A stretch of 64,000 nucleotides of DNA from Epithemia pelagica (lineage: Eukaryota > Protista > Bacillariophyta): the NCBI GenBank assembly GCA_946965045.2, contig OX337236.1, positions 3,162,001 to 3,226,000 of the forward strand. The letters run 5' to 3'. Under the pieces are notes generated by a model. It searched no databases. It was not told the DNA's origin and was given only the letters and a program-made list of their open reading frames with translations. A program made the translations under genes and the position numbers. The number at the start of each line of letters is the position of its first letter. Position 1 is the stretch's first letter. Below are positions 1-11,811 of this stretch, in pieces.

Positions 1-2
1 GG

Positions 3-125
3 ATTTGTTTTGCCTTGTTCTTTCCGGCAGTCATTTTCTTCATTGTGGCATCCTTTACTCCATTCTATTGTCTTGTCAACTCTGAAGTTGGTGATGCTGA
101 TTCGGAACATTGCTGGGCCTTTTAA
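3..125 (+). CDS. Possible 3' end of a membrane-protein gene running in from the window edge (ICFALFFPAVIFFIVASFTPFYCLVNSEVGDADSEHCWAF*)
   Basis: Hand translation of frame 3 gives a hydrophobic helix followed by a stop; no upstream context is available. Confidence 0.25.
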   Translation: MCFALFFPAVIFFIVASFTPFYCLVNSEVGDADSEHCWAF

Positions 126-264
126 GCAACGCTATTTGGCTCAGGCGAACGGAGACAATGACAATGAAGCTTCGGGACCTTGCTGGGTGTTCAGGCCGGT
201 GCATTCGGCCGAATCAATTTGTTCGACGATAGCATTCATAAAACCTTACTCAGTACCGCCTACA

Positions 265-545
265 ATATAATAATATTAGAAAACCGCATAGTGTATGTTT
301 GCGTGACATCATAATATGGTGTATTTTGAATGAGAGAGTGAATTTAAAAAAGAGAGAGAGAACCGGTAGTAGTTTGGAGTTTGGTGACAACTGCCATAAG
401 AGGGTGGTACAAACACGACAACCACAACAATATGGGAAAAATATAGAGATCCAACACAAGCCATGGATCCGTCCACATGACTCGCGTGTCTTGGTGTGTC
501 TTATTGTCGTCGTCCTTGTTGTTGTTGATGGGTTACATCGCCTAC
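265..545. repeat. Dispersed repeat, second copy at about 10310-10550
   Basis: Shared blocks GTGACATCAT...GGTGTATTTT, AGAGAACCGG, TTTGGTGACAACT, CAAGCCATGG, GTCGTCGTCCTTGTTGTTGTTGATGGGTTAC occur in the same order at both sites. Confidence 0.8.
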
Positions 546-800
546 CCGTTGTGGTTGTTGGGATGATTATGGTTGTGGTCCATCCAATTGCAATCCAATG
601 CCTCGAGCTGCATCATTGGTCCTTAGTGACATGATCCTCTAAAAGGGTCAAAATTTCATGACATCAACATGACAACTCTGTTGCAAACCCCCTGTGTATT
701 CAAATATCAGTCCCTGTACAATACAGTACAAATAAGTACCGGTAATGCGCGCCGTTACCGACCGTTCTTCCTTTATTACCGCCTGCCGCCGGAGAGGAGT

Positions 801-1699
801 GAAATGAGGGACTTTCATGACAGACGTTCGGAGAAACTTTCAAAAATTAGACTGACATTCGGACAGACCATCCAGTGACCGTCGATGTCTCCATTACTTG
901 ACTCTTCTTAAAGAAAATGACCCTAGTTGTCTTGTCAGTGCCACTTCAACTGCATTCCCAAGTTTAACCCTATCCCTAAAAACGAAAGTTTCCCCGAATG
1001 TCTCTCATTTCGCTATAAAGGCCTGAAAAAGTCAAATGAAAGACTTTCGGATAGCTTTTTGAGAGACGTTCGGAGTTTTAGGATAGCTTTTTGAGAGACT
1101 TTCGGGAAAACTTTTGATCCCCGTACACTACTATATAATGAACCCAACCAGCAACGAATTGTGGGCACAATACTACGAGTACTTACGAGCTCCACCGGAC
1201 TGACATTGTTACAGCAGTAGCCCGTGCTTTTCAAGGCCTCCAGTGTTTTCTCTATAGTGATTCTATTTTCGTAGGAAGACCACTACGGTCATTTTGCACT
1301 GCATAACACCACAATGGCACACTCAAGCCGGTGTGCAACTCCAACGAAAGGTCCTAGCACTCCTCCGACCATCAAGGAGTCTTCGGAATCAAGTGTACCG
1401 TGATGGGTGAAAAGGGCGGCATTGAGTTGGCGAGTTTGATCGACCTACAAGAACATTTGGAAAGACTTCCACTTTGGGGGTGGAAGGTCGCGACGAGATG
1501 ATCGTCATTGGAGATGGATTATGATGGAACGAACGAAGATTGCAGGGAGGGACGACAATGGATGCTTTGGTATGGATGGATGAGGCGTAGGAGAGCAACG
1601 GCAAGGACACACGGCAATCAACTGGAGGATTTCGAAGCAACCAAAAAAACTATTTATCCGAAAGTCCTTCTATATGTTCCTCTAAAAGTCCCTCATTTC
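801..1699. mobile_element. Degenerate MITE-like relic related to the Harbinger-type MITE at 49478-50788
   Basis: 1181-1560 aligns with about 49870-50250. 15-bp inverted pair GAAATGAGGGACTTT (801-815) / AAAGTCCCTCATTTC (1685-1699). Short internal repeats GACTTTCGG and GATAGCTTTTTGAGAGAC at 1040-1105. No clean termini or TSD. Confidence 0.45.
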
Positions 1700-1825
1700 C
1701 CTATTCCCATAAAACAGGATTTCCGAACCTTCGCAATTCAAAGCTGATCTCATTGATTCTACTTTGTTCAAAGGTATCATCATCTTCTGTCTCTTTATCT
1801 CCACGTCCCACCGAGCGTATCGAAA

Positions 1826-4262
1826 ATGAAGTTATTGCTGCATCTTCTGGTAGTGCTCCTCACTGCGGCTCCTATCGGCGCCGTTCCTCTCAAGGACCGC
1901 GATCTGCCGTGGGGATTCCTCGTGAGTGAATTGAGCCCTACGGCTGGGTTCGTCGATGAAACCAGCAACCAGAACTACATCGATCAGTGTTCGCCCGAGT
2001 TCCTAAAGCAATTGCTAGTTCCACCCAATGCATCGACGAATCTCAACCTCATAGCTCAGCCTGGTACGTTCATCATTCTTGATATTGTATCTTTTGGTGT
2101 CTATTCTTTTTCCTCATCCAAGTTTTCCTCGTCTCCCATTCGCCTGCTAATACAGACGGGGTGTGCATGAACTATTACACTTGTGGCTTCAAAGAATGCC
2201 TTCCTGTATTCGACGTGGAAGGAATGACCCTCCAGGGGTGGGTGGACTTTGTGTTTGAAAGTGGCGAACAACTTTTTACCTTCTTTGCCAATCCGGACAA
2301 CACCGCCTTTAACCTCCCTGCCAAGGTCCTCTTCCCGGCTATTGCTGGAGACGTTGTGGCAGCTGTGAAATTCGCGGGAGAACACATGGTGGAGCTCTCT
2401 GTCAAGGCCTCTGGTCATCACTTTGCAGGAGCGTCGCAGAAGCAAGACACGCTTCTATTGAACATGCACAAGTTCAAAAAGTATTCCCCAAAAGGTCTTG
2501 TCGAGTGCTTGTCGTCAGATTCGTCGTTAACCCATGACCTAAGCAATCAACCCTGCCTTTTGGCCCTTGCAAGAAATACGTCTGCATACATCCGCGTCGG
2601 CGGCGGCGAAACCTGGGGCGACGTTTACGGCGCTGTGAAAACTTTCAACGAGGCGCAAAGCGACGGGTACAAGTACCACGCTACGGGCGGTGCCGCGGGG
2701 ACCGTCACACCAATGGGCTGGACTTGGCAGGGTGGACTATCTGGAACGACCGGGGGGCGAACGTACGGGTTTGGAGTCGACCAGGTTTTGACCATCGAGG
2801 CAGTCCTACCGACCGGCCATCACGTTCGATTTGGTCCGACCGCTTGGGAGGATCAGAAGGGTTACAGGTACCCACGAACGACGAAAGTTTCTGGTGTTTG
2901 CAATGGAAACCCGTCGGAATGGGACGAAACAAAATGGAACTGGGTTCAGTGCCCCGACAACCTGAACTTTGAAGATCTTTGGTTTGCAATGCTTGGCGGA
3001 GGCGGTGGAACCTACGGGATCGTGACCTCTGTTTATCTTCAGCTACAAGATTATCGTCCATTGACTAGGCTCTGGTTGAGTTATGGTTTCTTCCTCCAGA
3101 ATTGTTCTATCCCTGAAGAGGATTTCCGCATGGGATTGGAAGATGAATTATGGGGTTTCCACATTGACTTTTACCTCAACCCAACGGTATTGGGAGTTAC
3201 TGAAGAACAAAGCAATGAATGTGGTGAGTCTTGTTGTTGATGCATTTTCCTGTTCTCTTTCTCGAGCAATACTCGTTCATAATACAGCTACTACATGCTA
3301 GTACATGCTGTATCTCTAACATATCCACTTCAATATTTTTTTAACGCTCGGGTTCAGGCGGGGAACTTTTGCTGCACTGCTATTCATCAGACGGGGGTGC
3401 TACTGTGGCTGCCGCGGCATGGGAAAACTACATAATTAGTCGAAAGGATGCGCTGCTTGCCAAGGGCATCCCCGAGGAAACCATAATGAGAGCAGCAAGC
3501 TGCCCAAAGGTCGATTCTAGGGCCGACTACGGCGAAGGTCTCACCATCAAGACCGGTGAAGGTCTCGATGAACATGTAGGGAAGGCCAAAGATGGTACCC
3601 CCCCATCCTTATTAGGCCTCCCCAACTACAATATCCTGATCCCCAAAGTCTGGATGTTAGATAACAAAGATAAGGCAATCCAATTGCTGAAGCTGACGGA
3701 AAATGGCTACTTTGCCTTTGGTGGAGCCACAGCTAATGCACAAGACAATAGCGTCACTTCGCTTTCCGATGCTCACCGTCAAGCCGGTGTAATGATTCAA
3801 TTTAGGCAAGATAAGGTTGATCCTTCGTTATTCTGGGATGAAGTGAATTCAATGTACGACTTCGCTGCTGCCGGCATTGACAATTTTCCTGCCTACCTTG
3901 GTGGCAACCACTATTCAGCATTTGTCCGTGGGCCACTCAAGAGCGACTTGACCAAGCCATGCAGCGTGAATTTCACTTTCGAGGAGCGTGATGAAAAATG
4001 TGTCTCCCTCCAGGCAGCCATTTACGGCAGTAATCTTGCCCGTCTCGAGTCGATCAAGGAAGCTATTGATCCGAACTACATGCTGGATTGCACCACTTGC
4101 GTTGGTAATAACCGAGGGGACGGAGGGAATGACCCAGGGGACGGAGGGAATGATGCAAGTGGAGGATTCCGCGCATTGTTGACTTCACCGTGGTCTTTGG
4201 TATCTTCATGTGATATATCTCGGGCCTTTGTACTCTGGCTTACTTTTTGGGTGTGGTGGTGA
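1826..4262 (+). CDS. Secreted FAD-linked oxidoreductase, berberine-bridge-enzyme-like; 3 exons (1826-2063, 2156-3223, 3358-4262)
   Basis: N-terminal signal peptide; VKASGHH FAD-attachment-type motif; GGGETWGDVY, GWTWQGG and DLWFAMLGGGGGTYGIVT; C-terminal YGSNLARLESIKEAIDP. Both GT-AG introns (2064-2155, 3224-3357) are phase 1 and join the ORFs in frame. Confidence 0.88.
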
Positions 4263-4532
4263 CTGTCCCGATAAAATTAAACATATTATTCACGAGATCT
4301 CTGCTTGTCACAGATGTTTGTTACCTGCTGGGAGGGACAATATTGAAACAGATTTGTGTATCCTTGTTCTTTGTTTTTGAAATTGACAGGCTGGATGATG
4401 ATGAACCTAGTAAACACTAGATATAAAATGCATGCACGTGGTTATTTCGTATTAGTCATCGTTACTATCATTAGAATTGTCAGTTTCAACCTCAGATAAA
4501 AATTTGTAGTAGGGTACATTTGAGAGGAATAG

Positions 4533-4688
4533 TCACCCAGTCACAGCAGAACCGCCTGATATAGCATCACTTCTGTCACCACCGAAAAGGACGACGGACA
4601 CAATTCCAACAATTAATGCCAAAATCACCAAACACACCATTCCAACAAGGAACAGTCTTGTTGTTTGATTCTTCCATAAATCTACCAT
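4533..4688 (-). pseudogene. Short single-TM fragment (MVDLWKNQTTRLFLVGMVCLVILALIVGIVSVVLFGG...) abutting the 3' end of Kelch copy 1
   Basis: A clear hydrophobic helix in a short ORF; its upstream sequence is replaced by the Kelch cassette at about 4750. Confidence 0.25.
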
Positions 4689-4779
4689 CTGAAGTTGCTG
4701 TTGCTCCAATCCCCTGGAGAGTAAAATTTCCATTCTATTGCTCTCTCAGTTTGTGACGTATCATGCAACATGTCACACT

Positions 4780-6030
4780 TTAAGTGCACTCCTCCTCTTT
4801 ACAACCATGACATGTATTGGTCCTGACTCGTTTACGAATGCATGTCGAGAAAGAGCAGGATGTTGCATTCACATCTCGGTTACCCATTCCTTGTCGGAAC
4901 TGGTACCATTCGTTTGGATGCTGCTCACAGAGTCGACGGAAACACCACGTATTCTTGTCCAGTAGCGGTAATGTCGCACAGGTAGAATTGAATCCACCAC
5001 CAATCACGGCAACTTGATTGGCAACAGTCACCAGACTGCAGCCATAGCGATCATTTCCTAATGATGGAAGATTCCACAGGTGGTTGTGGCTCGTATCCAA
5101 TACTTCCACGGGTCGTCTGCCGTTTCCTCCTGCTACAACCAGACAAGATCCCACGGCAACCACTGCACATGAACTTCGTGCATTGGGAAGCTCCAGCTCA
5201 GAAGATCCCACGGCAACCATTGCACAAGAAATTTGTGCATTGGAAAGCCTCAACTCCGACTGAGTGGTCCAGGTGGGTGAGAAAGAAATGACTGTAGCAG
5301 CCATTTCTTCCCGTGTCTTCTCATTTTCACAGGGTGTTGCATAGTCCAAATACTCCACCGAGTCAAGATTGCCATGCTTGTTATGGCCTCCGACGACAAA
5401 GATGCGGTGGCCAATGACCGCACCGGAACAGCGTGATCGAGGAACAGTCATGGATGGCCCTGCAATTACAGTGTGGTTACTTGCATCAATAATATCCACC
5501 GACGACAAATAGCGATAGTTGTAATCGCCACCCATAACAACAATGTATCGGTTGTGGACCGCAACAGCACAACATCCAAATCGTTGCGTTGATAATCGAC
5601 ATGTCAATGTCGTCCAATGGCTTTCATGTGCACTCAAATCATTACAGTCAATCCGTTCCATGCAATCCAAAAATGCTCCATTGTATCCTCCCATCACGTA
5701 GATGCCTCCGTTGCACACAACAGCGGCATGTGCTTCACGACACTTGTTCATGGGTGGTCCTTCTCGCCACTCTTTGTCTGATTCTGATAAATTCAATACA
5801 ACCACGGAATTAGCGGTACCCTGACCTTGTTGATGTCCGCCCATCACCACGACCGTTTGTCCCTTGTGGTTGTGATTGTCGTCTTTGTCGGGATGATCAA
5901 TTACGACCGTAGCATGAAGCGAACGCCATCCACCCTTAAGAGGAGGCCAGTCGTTTTTATCCCATCGTGCCGTCTCGTCCAAAAGGACAATTCCCGACTG
6001 CCATGCTTGTTCTTGAAGTGTCATGCTCAT
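4780..6030 (-). CDS. Kelch-repeat beta-propeller protein, copy 1 (416 aa) with an internal 19-aa duplication
   Basis: Repeated Kelch signatures (HAAVVCNGGIYVMGGYN, CAVAVHNRYIVVMGG, SSVDIID...W, SAVIGHRIFVVGG); highly similar to five other copies in the window. Confidence 0.9.
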   Translation of the reverse strand: MSMTLQEQAWQSGIVLLDETARWDKNDWPPLKGGWRSLHATVVIDHPDKDDNHNHKGQTVVVMGGHQQGQGTANSVVVLNLSESDKEWREGPPMNKCREAHAAVVCNGGIYVMGGYNGAFLDCMERIDCNDLSAHESHWTTLTCRLSTQRFGCCAVAVHNRYIVVMGGDYNYRYLSSVDIIDASNHTVIAGPSMTVPRSRCSGAVIGHRIFVVGGHNKHGNLDSVEYLDYATPCENEKTREEMAATVISFSPTWTTQSELRLSNAQISCAMVAVGSSELELPNARSSCAVVAVGSCLVVAGGNGRRPVEVLDTSHNHLWNLPSLGNDRYGCSLVTVANQVAVIGGGFNSTCATLPLLDKNTWCFRRLCEQHPNEWYQFRQGMGNRDVNATSCSFSTCIRKRVRTNTCHGCKEEECT

Positions 6031-6473
6031 GGTTTTGACTGCAGAATTTATGAGGATCGCGAGAGACTAACATGCAGAGATTGCAAATATTGCAATGCGT
6101 TTTTGAGGCTGCTGGGATCGCTGATGGATACGGACTGCCGCATGGAACAGCGCCACGTTCCATCGTCCACGCTTCATGGTCCCTTTTTGTCATAGGAAAC
6201 TGTGGTTGTGTATTGTGAGTGGCTGTGACAACAACGCGTGGAAGCTTTAGAGCGAAAGTGTCTGTCGTGCGTACGGTCAAACGCGGGGCAGCGACTCGCA
6301 CATAAACTTCATGACAGCCACTCCAAGCACGCACTCACGGCACTCGTTCCGATCCACTTTTTTTCAGAGAAGCAGCAGCGACGCAAATATGAGAATCACA
6401 ACAGCAGACAGCAACCAACTTTCCACTGTTTCACTTTTTAAGCTTGTTTGCTTGCACTGTTTGAAAAAATACC

Positions 6474-6809
6474 ATGTCTACTGGCTTAGAAGAGACCCTG
6501 GGCGCGATCATTGCAGCTTTTTCTCTGAATGAGGCTGCTGGCGCTATTGGAGGAACTCTTGCGTCAACCAGAAGTTTGCAGGAGAAATTCCTCGAAGAGG
6601 CCGGCAAGCGTACAATCTTTGAAGCTCCTCCGAGAGAAAATGAAATGGATAACCCTCCTTTTCTGTCTCCAGTATTTCGAGCCCTTTTTGGAATTTACAA
6701 GGACGGGCTTCCTCGACGCTCATATGTTTGCTTGGCTCCACCATCCACGGGAAAGACCGCTGCTGCAAAACACCTCATGCAGTGCCTTCCAAAATTCCCG
6801 AATGCTCCA
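6474..6809 (+). pseudogene. P-loop ATPase copy 1, 3'-truncated after Walker A
   Basis: Walker A LAPPSTGKT is present. Similarity to copy 2 (12273-13223) ends abruptly at ATGCTCCA (6809); Walker B is absent. Confidence 0.8.
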
Positions 6810-6907
6810 AACAGTGATAAATCGTTGTTGGAGTCCTCTTGGGGCATGGCACGCCGTCCATCCATCTTGAAGTTTCCGTACTCTTGTACCGTCATCACGG
6901 GTCGATT

Positions 6908-7614
6908 CTAGCGGCACTCGTTTCGGGGAATCTTGGTTCCTCTCGGACCCATCCTATTATTATTACTATTTGCAGTTTCTTCGTTCGTCATGGATGTAGA
7001 CGTATCTCTCTGTATATTTACCGGCATTCCGTGTTTTCCTCGTCCTGCTTGTCCAATCAACCCGAGAGAGAGCGAGACTGTCCCGTTCAAGTCGAGTCTG
7101 ACAAGGAGGGGAGGTGGATACGACGAAGAGTCTCCACAAACACAAACCAGCAAGTTGTTGTCGTCGTCATCATCATCATCATCATCACTATAAAATCATC
7201 CTGGTGGAATCCAAGAACCGTATCCGTACCAACATACGCTCTTTCTTATGGTGAGAACCCACGAGCAACGATCCTACTCCAACCGACAAAGCCTGAAACA
7301 AGGATCCGCCGGTTTCCTTCCATTCCACACGACTCGTGTTCCACACGCCCTCGTTGTGTTTTTTTCGTTTCGCGGTCATGGTGGTGGTGGTTGATCCAGA
7401 GGCCACCACAATACTGGGCATCCCGTTTCCGAAGAATGATTCGAACTCGAATTCGTGGTGTGGGAGCAGTGCCACACAAGCACTCTAGTAGTGTGTTGAT
7501 GTTGTTGTTTGGTTTGTTGTTTTGTGGTCGCCCTTCTTGTCTTTTCAAGGTCTCTTGTACTCTGGCGAACGGCAGCCGTACAACTCGTTTTGTTGCGTGT
7601 GTCGTCCTTGTCAT
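6908..7614 (-). CDS. Hypothetical protein, apparently frameshifted
   Basis: Three overlapping minus-strand ORFs (7246-7614, 7188-7475, 6908-7153) read as globular sequence when joined near simple repeats; no recognised motif. Confidence 0.2.
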
Positions 7615-7674
7615 GGTCCTCGATCCTGCACACTCTCATTGGTCGATTCGAGGTGGTTGTGGTTCGTTCCGTCG

Positions 7675-8610
7675 TCAGCAACGGCCCTTGAGCAAGTGAC
7701 TGGCAAAGGTCCAACAATTGTTGGTCCGCAAATTCAAGTCGTTGTCGTAACATTGACTGTAATTGTGCGCCTTTTGGACCAATACTGGCATGGTGTTGTT
7801 GTGGTTGTTGGTTGTTTCCGTGAACGTGTCATCGGGATCATGATAATTGGATCGCACCCATCCCGGAACCGATTGACCTTGAATCAACCGCTCCAGTGTT
7901 TGGGGTTGGGTGGCATTGTGGGGCACAAAGTCCCACCACCAGACTTGTGGTTGTTGTCGTGGATGGTCCTTGGGTTCGTCCAGGAAAAAGGGCACCGCCT
8001 TGTTGAGTGGCGGTTGCGGTTGCTGTTGCACTTCAATCAAGACTCGCACATGGACCGGCAACCATTCGGGTCCGTCAATTAGAGGCATGCATTGCAACCA
8101 CACAGTCTGTTCTTCTGTTTGTTCTTGTGGCGGTGACATCCTTGTTGATGTTGTCGTCGTGGACCACAGTCGAACGGTCCATGGATACTTGTGGCGCAAG
8201 TTGTGCGGATTGTTGCTGCGCCTCCTCCTTGTGGTGGTGGTCGACTCGAGAGTTGCCTGGGCCTCTTCCGGTTGTTGGGTCACGTGACAAGAACAAGCTG
8301 TTCGTGCTGGTTGTGGTGATTGTCTGTGTTGTTGTTGGTGGTGGTGGTGATGGTTCCAGGCAGTAGTAGTAGTAGTTGTTGTTGTACTTGGAGGAAATGG
8401 ATGCCCTCCTGTTGTCCTGGTCGGGAAAGAGCTTCTTCTAGTAGTAGGAACCGTAAAAGCAGCAGCAGTAGTGGTGATCCACAGAGTTGGATGAGACCAA
8501 ACTCCAAAGTTCCATCCAGGACGACGACGACGGCATTCCACCACCAAAGCGTCGCAGCGAACAGACGACCGATTCCAACACTAGTAGATGATTGTCGTGC
8601 AACCCTCATG
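7675..8610 (-). CDS. Putative permuted papain-fold (PPPDE/LRAT-like) protein, possibly plastid-targeted; frameshift near the N-terminus
   Basis: LPVHVRV ... WDFVPHNAT...VPG ... YDNDLNLRTNNCWTFA resembles a His plus NC catalytic layout; TAAAF-TVP resembles the diatom ASAF-type motif. Confidence 0.45.
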
Positions 8611-10599
8611 ATGAGTATAGTGTATTCGTGCGCAAGTTGTTGGTTGTAGAAGGATGTGTGTAGAGCGTTTGATGTCGAGTGCCTTCTCCATTGTGAAGAT
8701 GTGCCGCTAACACGCACGACGGTATCCCAACGCGTTTGGGTCGCTCTGAAATCACGAGAGGCCATGAGTCGCGCATCAGGTCATTTGTGTCGCGGATTGT
8801 TTTCATGACTCCTCTCTCTTTGGAGGGATGAGTTTTTGGAGGAAGCCGTTGAATGTCTTTCATGAAGAAGATGTCGAACTTGATTCAAGGAAGAAGAAAA
8901 CGTGATGGTGCCTGGCACTGTTGCACTGGCTTTCTCTATGGAAAGCATATCATAACGGCTGCCATTCTTCTCTTGCGCTGTTTCTCCGGTCACTCTAATA
9001 TACCGAGCGTGGATCATAATCTTTTTGTTGGGGTTGTCTGTGTCTGGATGGATGGAGTGGAAACCAGCAGAAGTAGTAGTAGTGACCACAAACTCAAGAA
9101 TACCTCACATGAGAAACGTAGGCGAATGGATCCGAGTGACGACGAGGCCTTTTCCGTCACCGAGATAGCAGCAGCAGCAGCTTCGGTTGGACCCATGTGT
9201 CAAGCCAACCCTTGGCCAACAGTCGTACCATCACAAATATATATTTGTAATCTACTATGGAACGGACCAAGTCTTTGACATTTTTAACCGTCATGCGTTC
9301 ATTTACAACATCATGTCGGATCCCCAACCGGCCTTGGATCAAATTGTCCATTTGGAATCTTATCGAACCACCTATCACAACATGTTGGACCAACCCATTC
9401 TGGCCAATGGTACGGCAACCATGAAGTGCTACTTTGTGTGGCAAGGAGGAGATGATGGACTGGATACCCATGGCTCGTCGTTGAGACAAAAGATTCGTGA
9501 AACTGCATGTGCACTCATGTCGGGTGATCCCAACTACTGAAGGAATGGAGAGTGTGTGTGTGTGTGTATACGATTGTAGTATATTCCACAACAGGCTACG
9601 AAGAACGACAGCGCGAATCCGTGCCCAGCGTGCTTGGGTCACAATGCTTCGCATCCATATAGGCACAACGATTTGTTAATGAAAATCAAACAACGAGACT
9701 GTTCAAAAGAAGGGTCCAATTGCGCGCAAGAAACCAAACAAACTGTTTCGTCGTGTCGGCGGAACTCACAACTTTTTAATTGGATTGCAATGACACGCGC
9801 ACGTACCAACAGTACTATTTCGAAATGGAAACTGCCTACGTAGACGGTAGTGTGTGCCATGGGATTCCTGCCTTGAGCAGCATATGTGCTCTCTCACACA
9901 CACATGTGTGTGTCACTCCTTGGATCCGATTCATCCTCCATCTCCTTGGTGCGGTTGCTCACGGCCCTCCTTTTGAGAGGTAGGTGGACTGTTTGTCGGG
10001 GGCAGTGCAGTGGTGCCAGTGTGTCAGTGTCGTGGAGGAAAACAAACAGACTAGGTATAGGTCTAGTGTAGTATCGAGTTTTCGTCCGAAGGATTCCTGG
10101 AACCTCTCTCCAGAGAAAAAAGGATTCGTCGTTGTTCTTGTCGTCGTCCTTGTGGTGCATATAATGTGGAACGAATGAAACGGTCGGTACTCTCTACTAC
10201 GGTGGTTTGGTTTGCCCGTGTTGGGTGGGAATGCTTGCGCCCGTTGTGTGATAGTACATCATCCATTAATGTATAAAAGATCACATGAATCCAACTCTCT
10301 ACCGTTTACAATATAATAAAAATAGAAAGCCGCAGAATGTATGTGTGTGTGACATCATGGTGTATTTTAAACGAGAGAATGAATAAAAAAAGAGAGATAG
10401 AGAACCGGAAGTAATAGTTTGGTGACAACTAAACACGACAACAACCACAACAATGGGTGAGAAATATTATATAGATCCAACCAAGCCATGGGTCCGTCGC
10501 GTGTCTTGTTGTTGTCGTTGTCGTCGTCCTTGTTGTTGTTGATGGGTTACTACATTTGCTTGGGATCACCTCCGTTTGTGACGTATCATGCAACATGTT

Positions 10600-11811
10600 T
10601 TATTGCACTTTAAGTGCACTCCTCCTCTTTACCACCATGACATGTATTGGTCCTGACTCGTTTACGAATATTGCATTCACATCTCGGATACCCATTCCTT
10701 CCCGGAAATGGTACCATTCGTTTGGATGGTGCTCACAGAGTCGCCGAAAACACCACGAATTCTTGTCCTGTAGTGGTAATGTCGCACAGGAAGGATCGCC
10801 CCATCCACCAATCACGGCAATTCGATTGGCAACAGTCACCATACGGCAGCCCCATCGTTGTTCTTGCAGTCCAGGGAGATTCCACACGCGGTTGTGTTGC
10901 GTATCCAAGACTTCCACGGTTGAATTGCCGCATCCTCCCGCCACCACCAGACAAGATTCCACGGCAACCACTGCACATGAACTTCGTGCATTGGAAAGCA
11001 CCAAATCAGAATGAGTGGTCCAACTGGACGAGAAGGAAGTTACTGTAGCAGCCATTTCCTCCTGTGTCTTCTCATTATCACAAGGCATTGCAAAGTCAAT
11101 GTACTCCACCGAGTCAAGTCGGCTGTTGCGCGCGTTTCGGCCTCCAACGACAAAGATTCGGTGGCCAACGACCGCACTGGCACAGCATGTTCGAGGAACA
11201 GTCATGGATGGTCCCGCAGTGACAGTGTGGTTCCTGGTGTCAATAATATCAACTGACGAAAAATAACGATCATTGTAGCCACCCATAACAACAATATATC
11301 GGTTGTGCATCGCAACAGCACAACATCCCCATCGTTCCTTGGATAGCCGACATGGCAATGTCATCCAATTACTCGCACATGTGCCGCTTGTTGTCGAACA
11401 TGATTGCAGCACATCATTGGCATCAATTTGTTCGATACAATTCAAACATGAACCTTGATTCAATCCTCCCACTACGTAGACACTTCTATTGCACACAACA
11501 GCAGCATGTCCTCGACGACTCTTGTTCATTGATGGCCCTTCTCGCCACTGCTTGCTGGGGTCTGCTAGATTCAATGCAAGAACGGAATTGGTGGCACCCT
11601 GGCCTTGTTGATATCCGCCCATCACCACGACTGTTTGTCTCTTGTTGTTCTTGTGATTGTCGTCTTTATCGGGATGATCCAGTACGACCGTAGCATGTTG
11701 TTCACGCCATCCACCCTCAAGAGGAGGCCAATCGTTGTCATTCCATTCTGCTGTCTCGTCCAAAAGGACAAGGCCCGACTGCCCTGCTTGTTCTTGCAGT
11801 GTTGTGGTCAT
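10600..11811 (-). CDS. Kelch-repeat protein, copy 2; C-terminal tail frameshifted by a net 22-nt deletion
   Basis: Same Kelch motifs; start MTTTLQEQ at 11811. 23 nt of copy 1 (GCATGTCGAGAAAGAGCAGGATG) are replaced by one A near 10660. Confidence 0.9.
   Translation of the reverse strand: MTTTLQEQAGQSGLVLLDETAEWNDNDWPPLEGGWREQHATVVLDHPDKDDNHKNNKRQTVVVMGGYQQGQGATNSVLALNLADPSKQWREGPSMNKSRRGHAAVVCNRSVYVVGGLNQGSCLNCIEQIDANDVLQSCSTTSGTCASNWMTLPCRLSKERWGCCAVAMHNRYIVVMGGYNDRYFSSVDIIDTRNHTVTAGPSMTVPRTCCASAVVGHRIFVVGGRNARNSRLDSVEYIDFAMPCDNEKTQEEMAATVTSFSSSWTTHSDLVLSNARSSCAVVAVESCLVVAGGCGNSTVEVLDTQHNRVWNLPGLQEQRWGCRMVTVANRIAVIGGWGDPSCATLPLQDKNSWCFRRLCEHHPNEWYHFREGMGIRDVNAIFVNESGPIHVMVVKRRSALKVQ

Noticed and set aside
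6839-7699. 286-aa + strand ORF
   Set aside because: Runs through antisense simple repeats (VVVVIIIII, WWWW); the minus strand looks more protein-like.
9126-9540. Possible small gene (MDPSDDEAF... / ...IMSDPQPALDQ...)
   Set aside because: Needs a frameshift, has no recognisable motif and no paralog in the window; cannot be supported.
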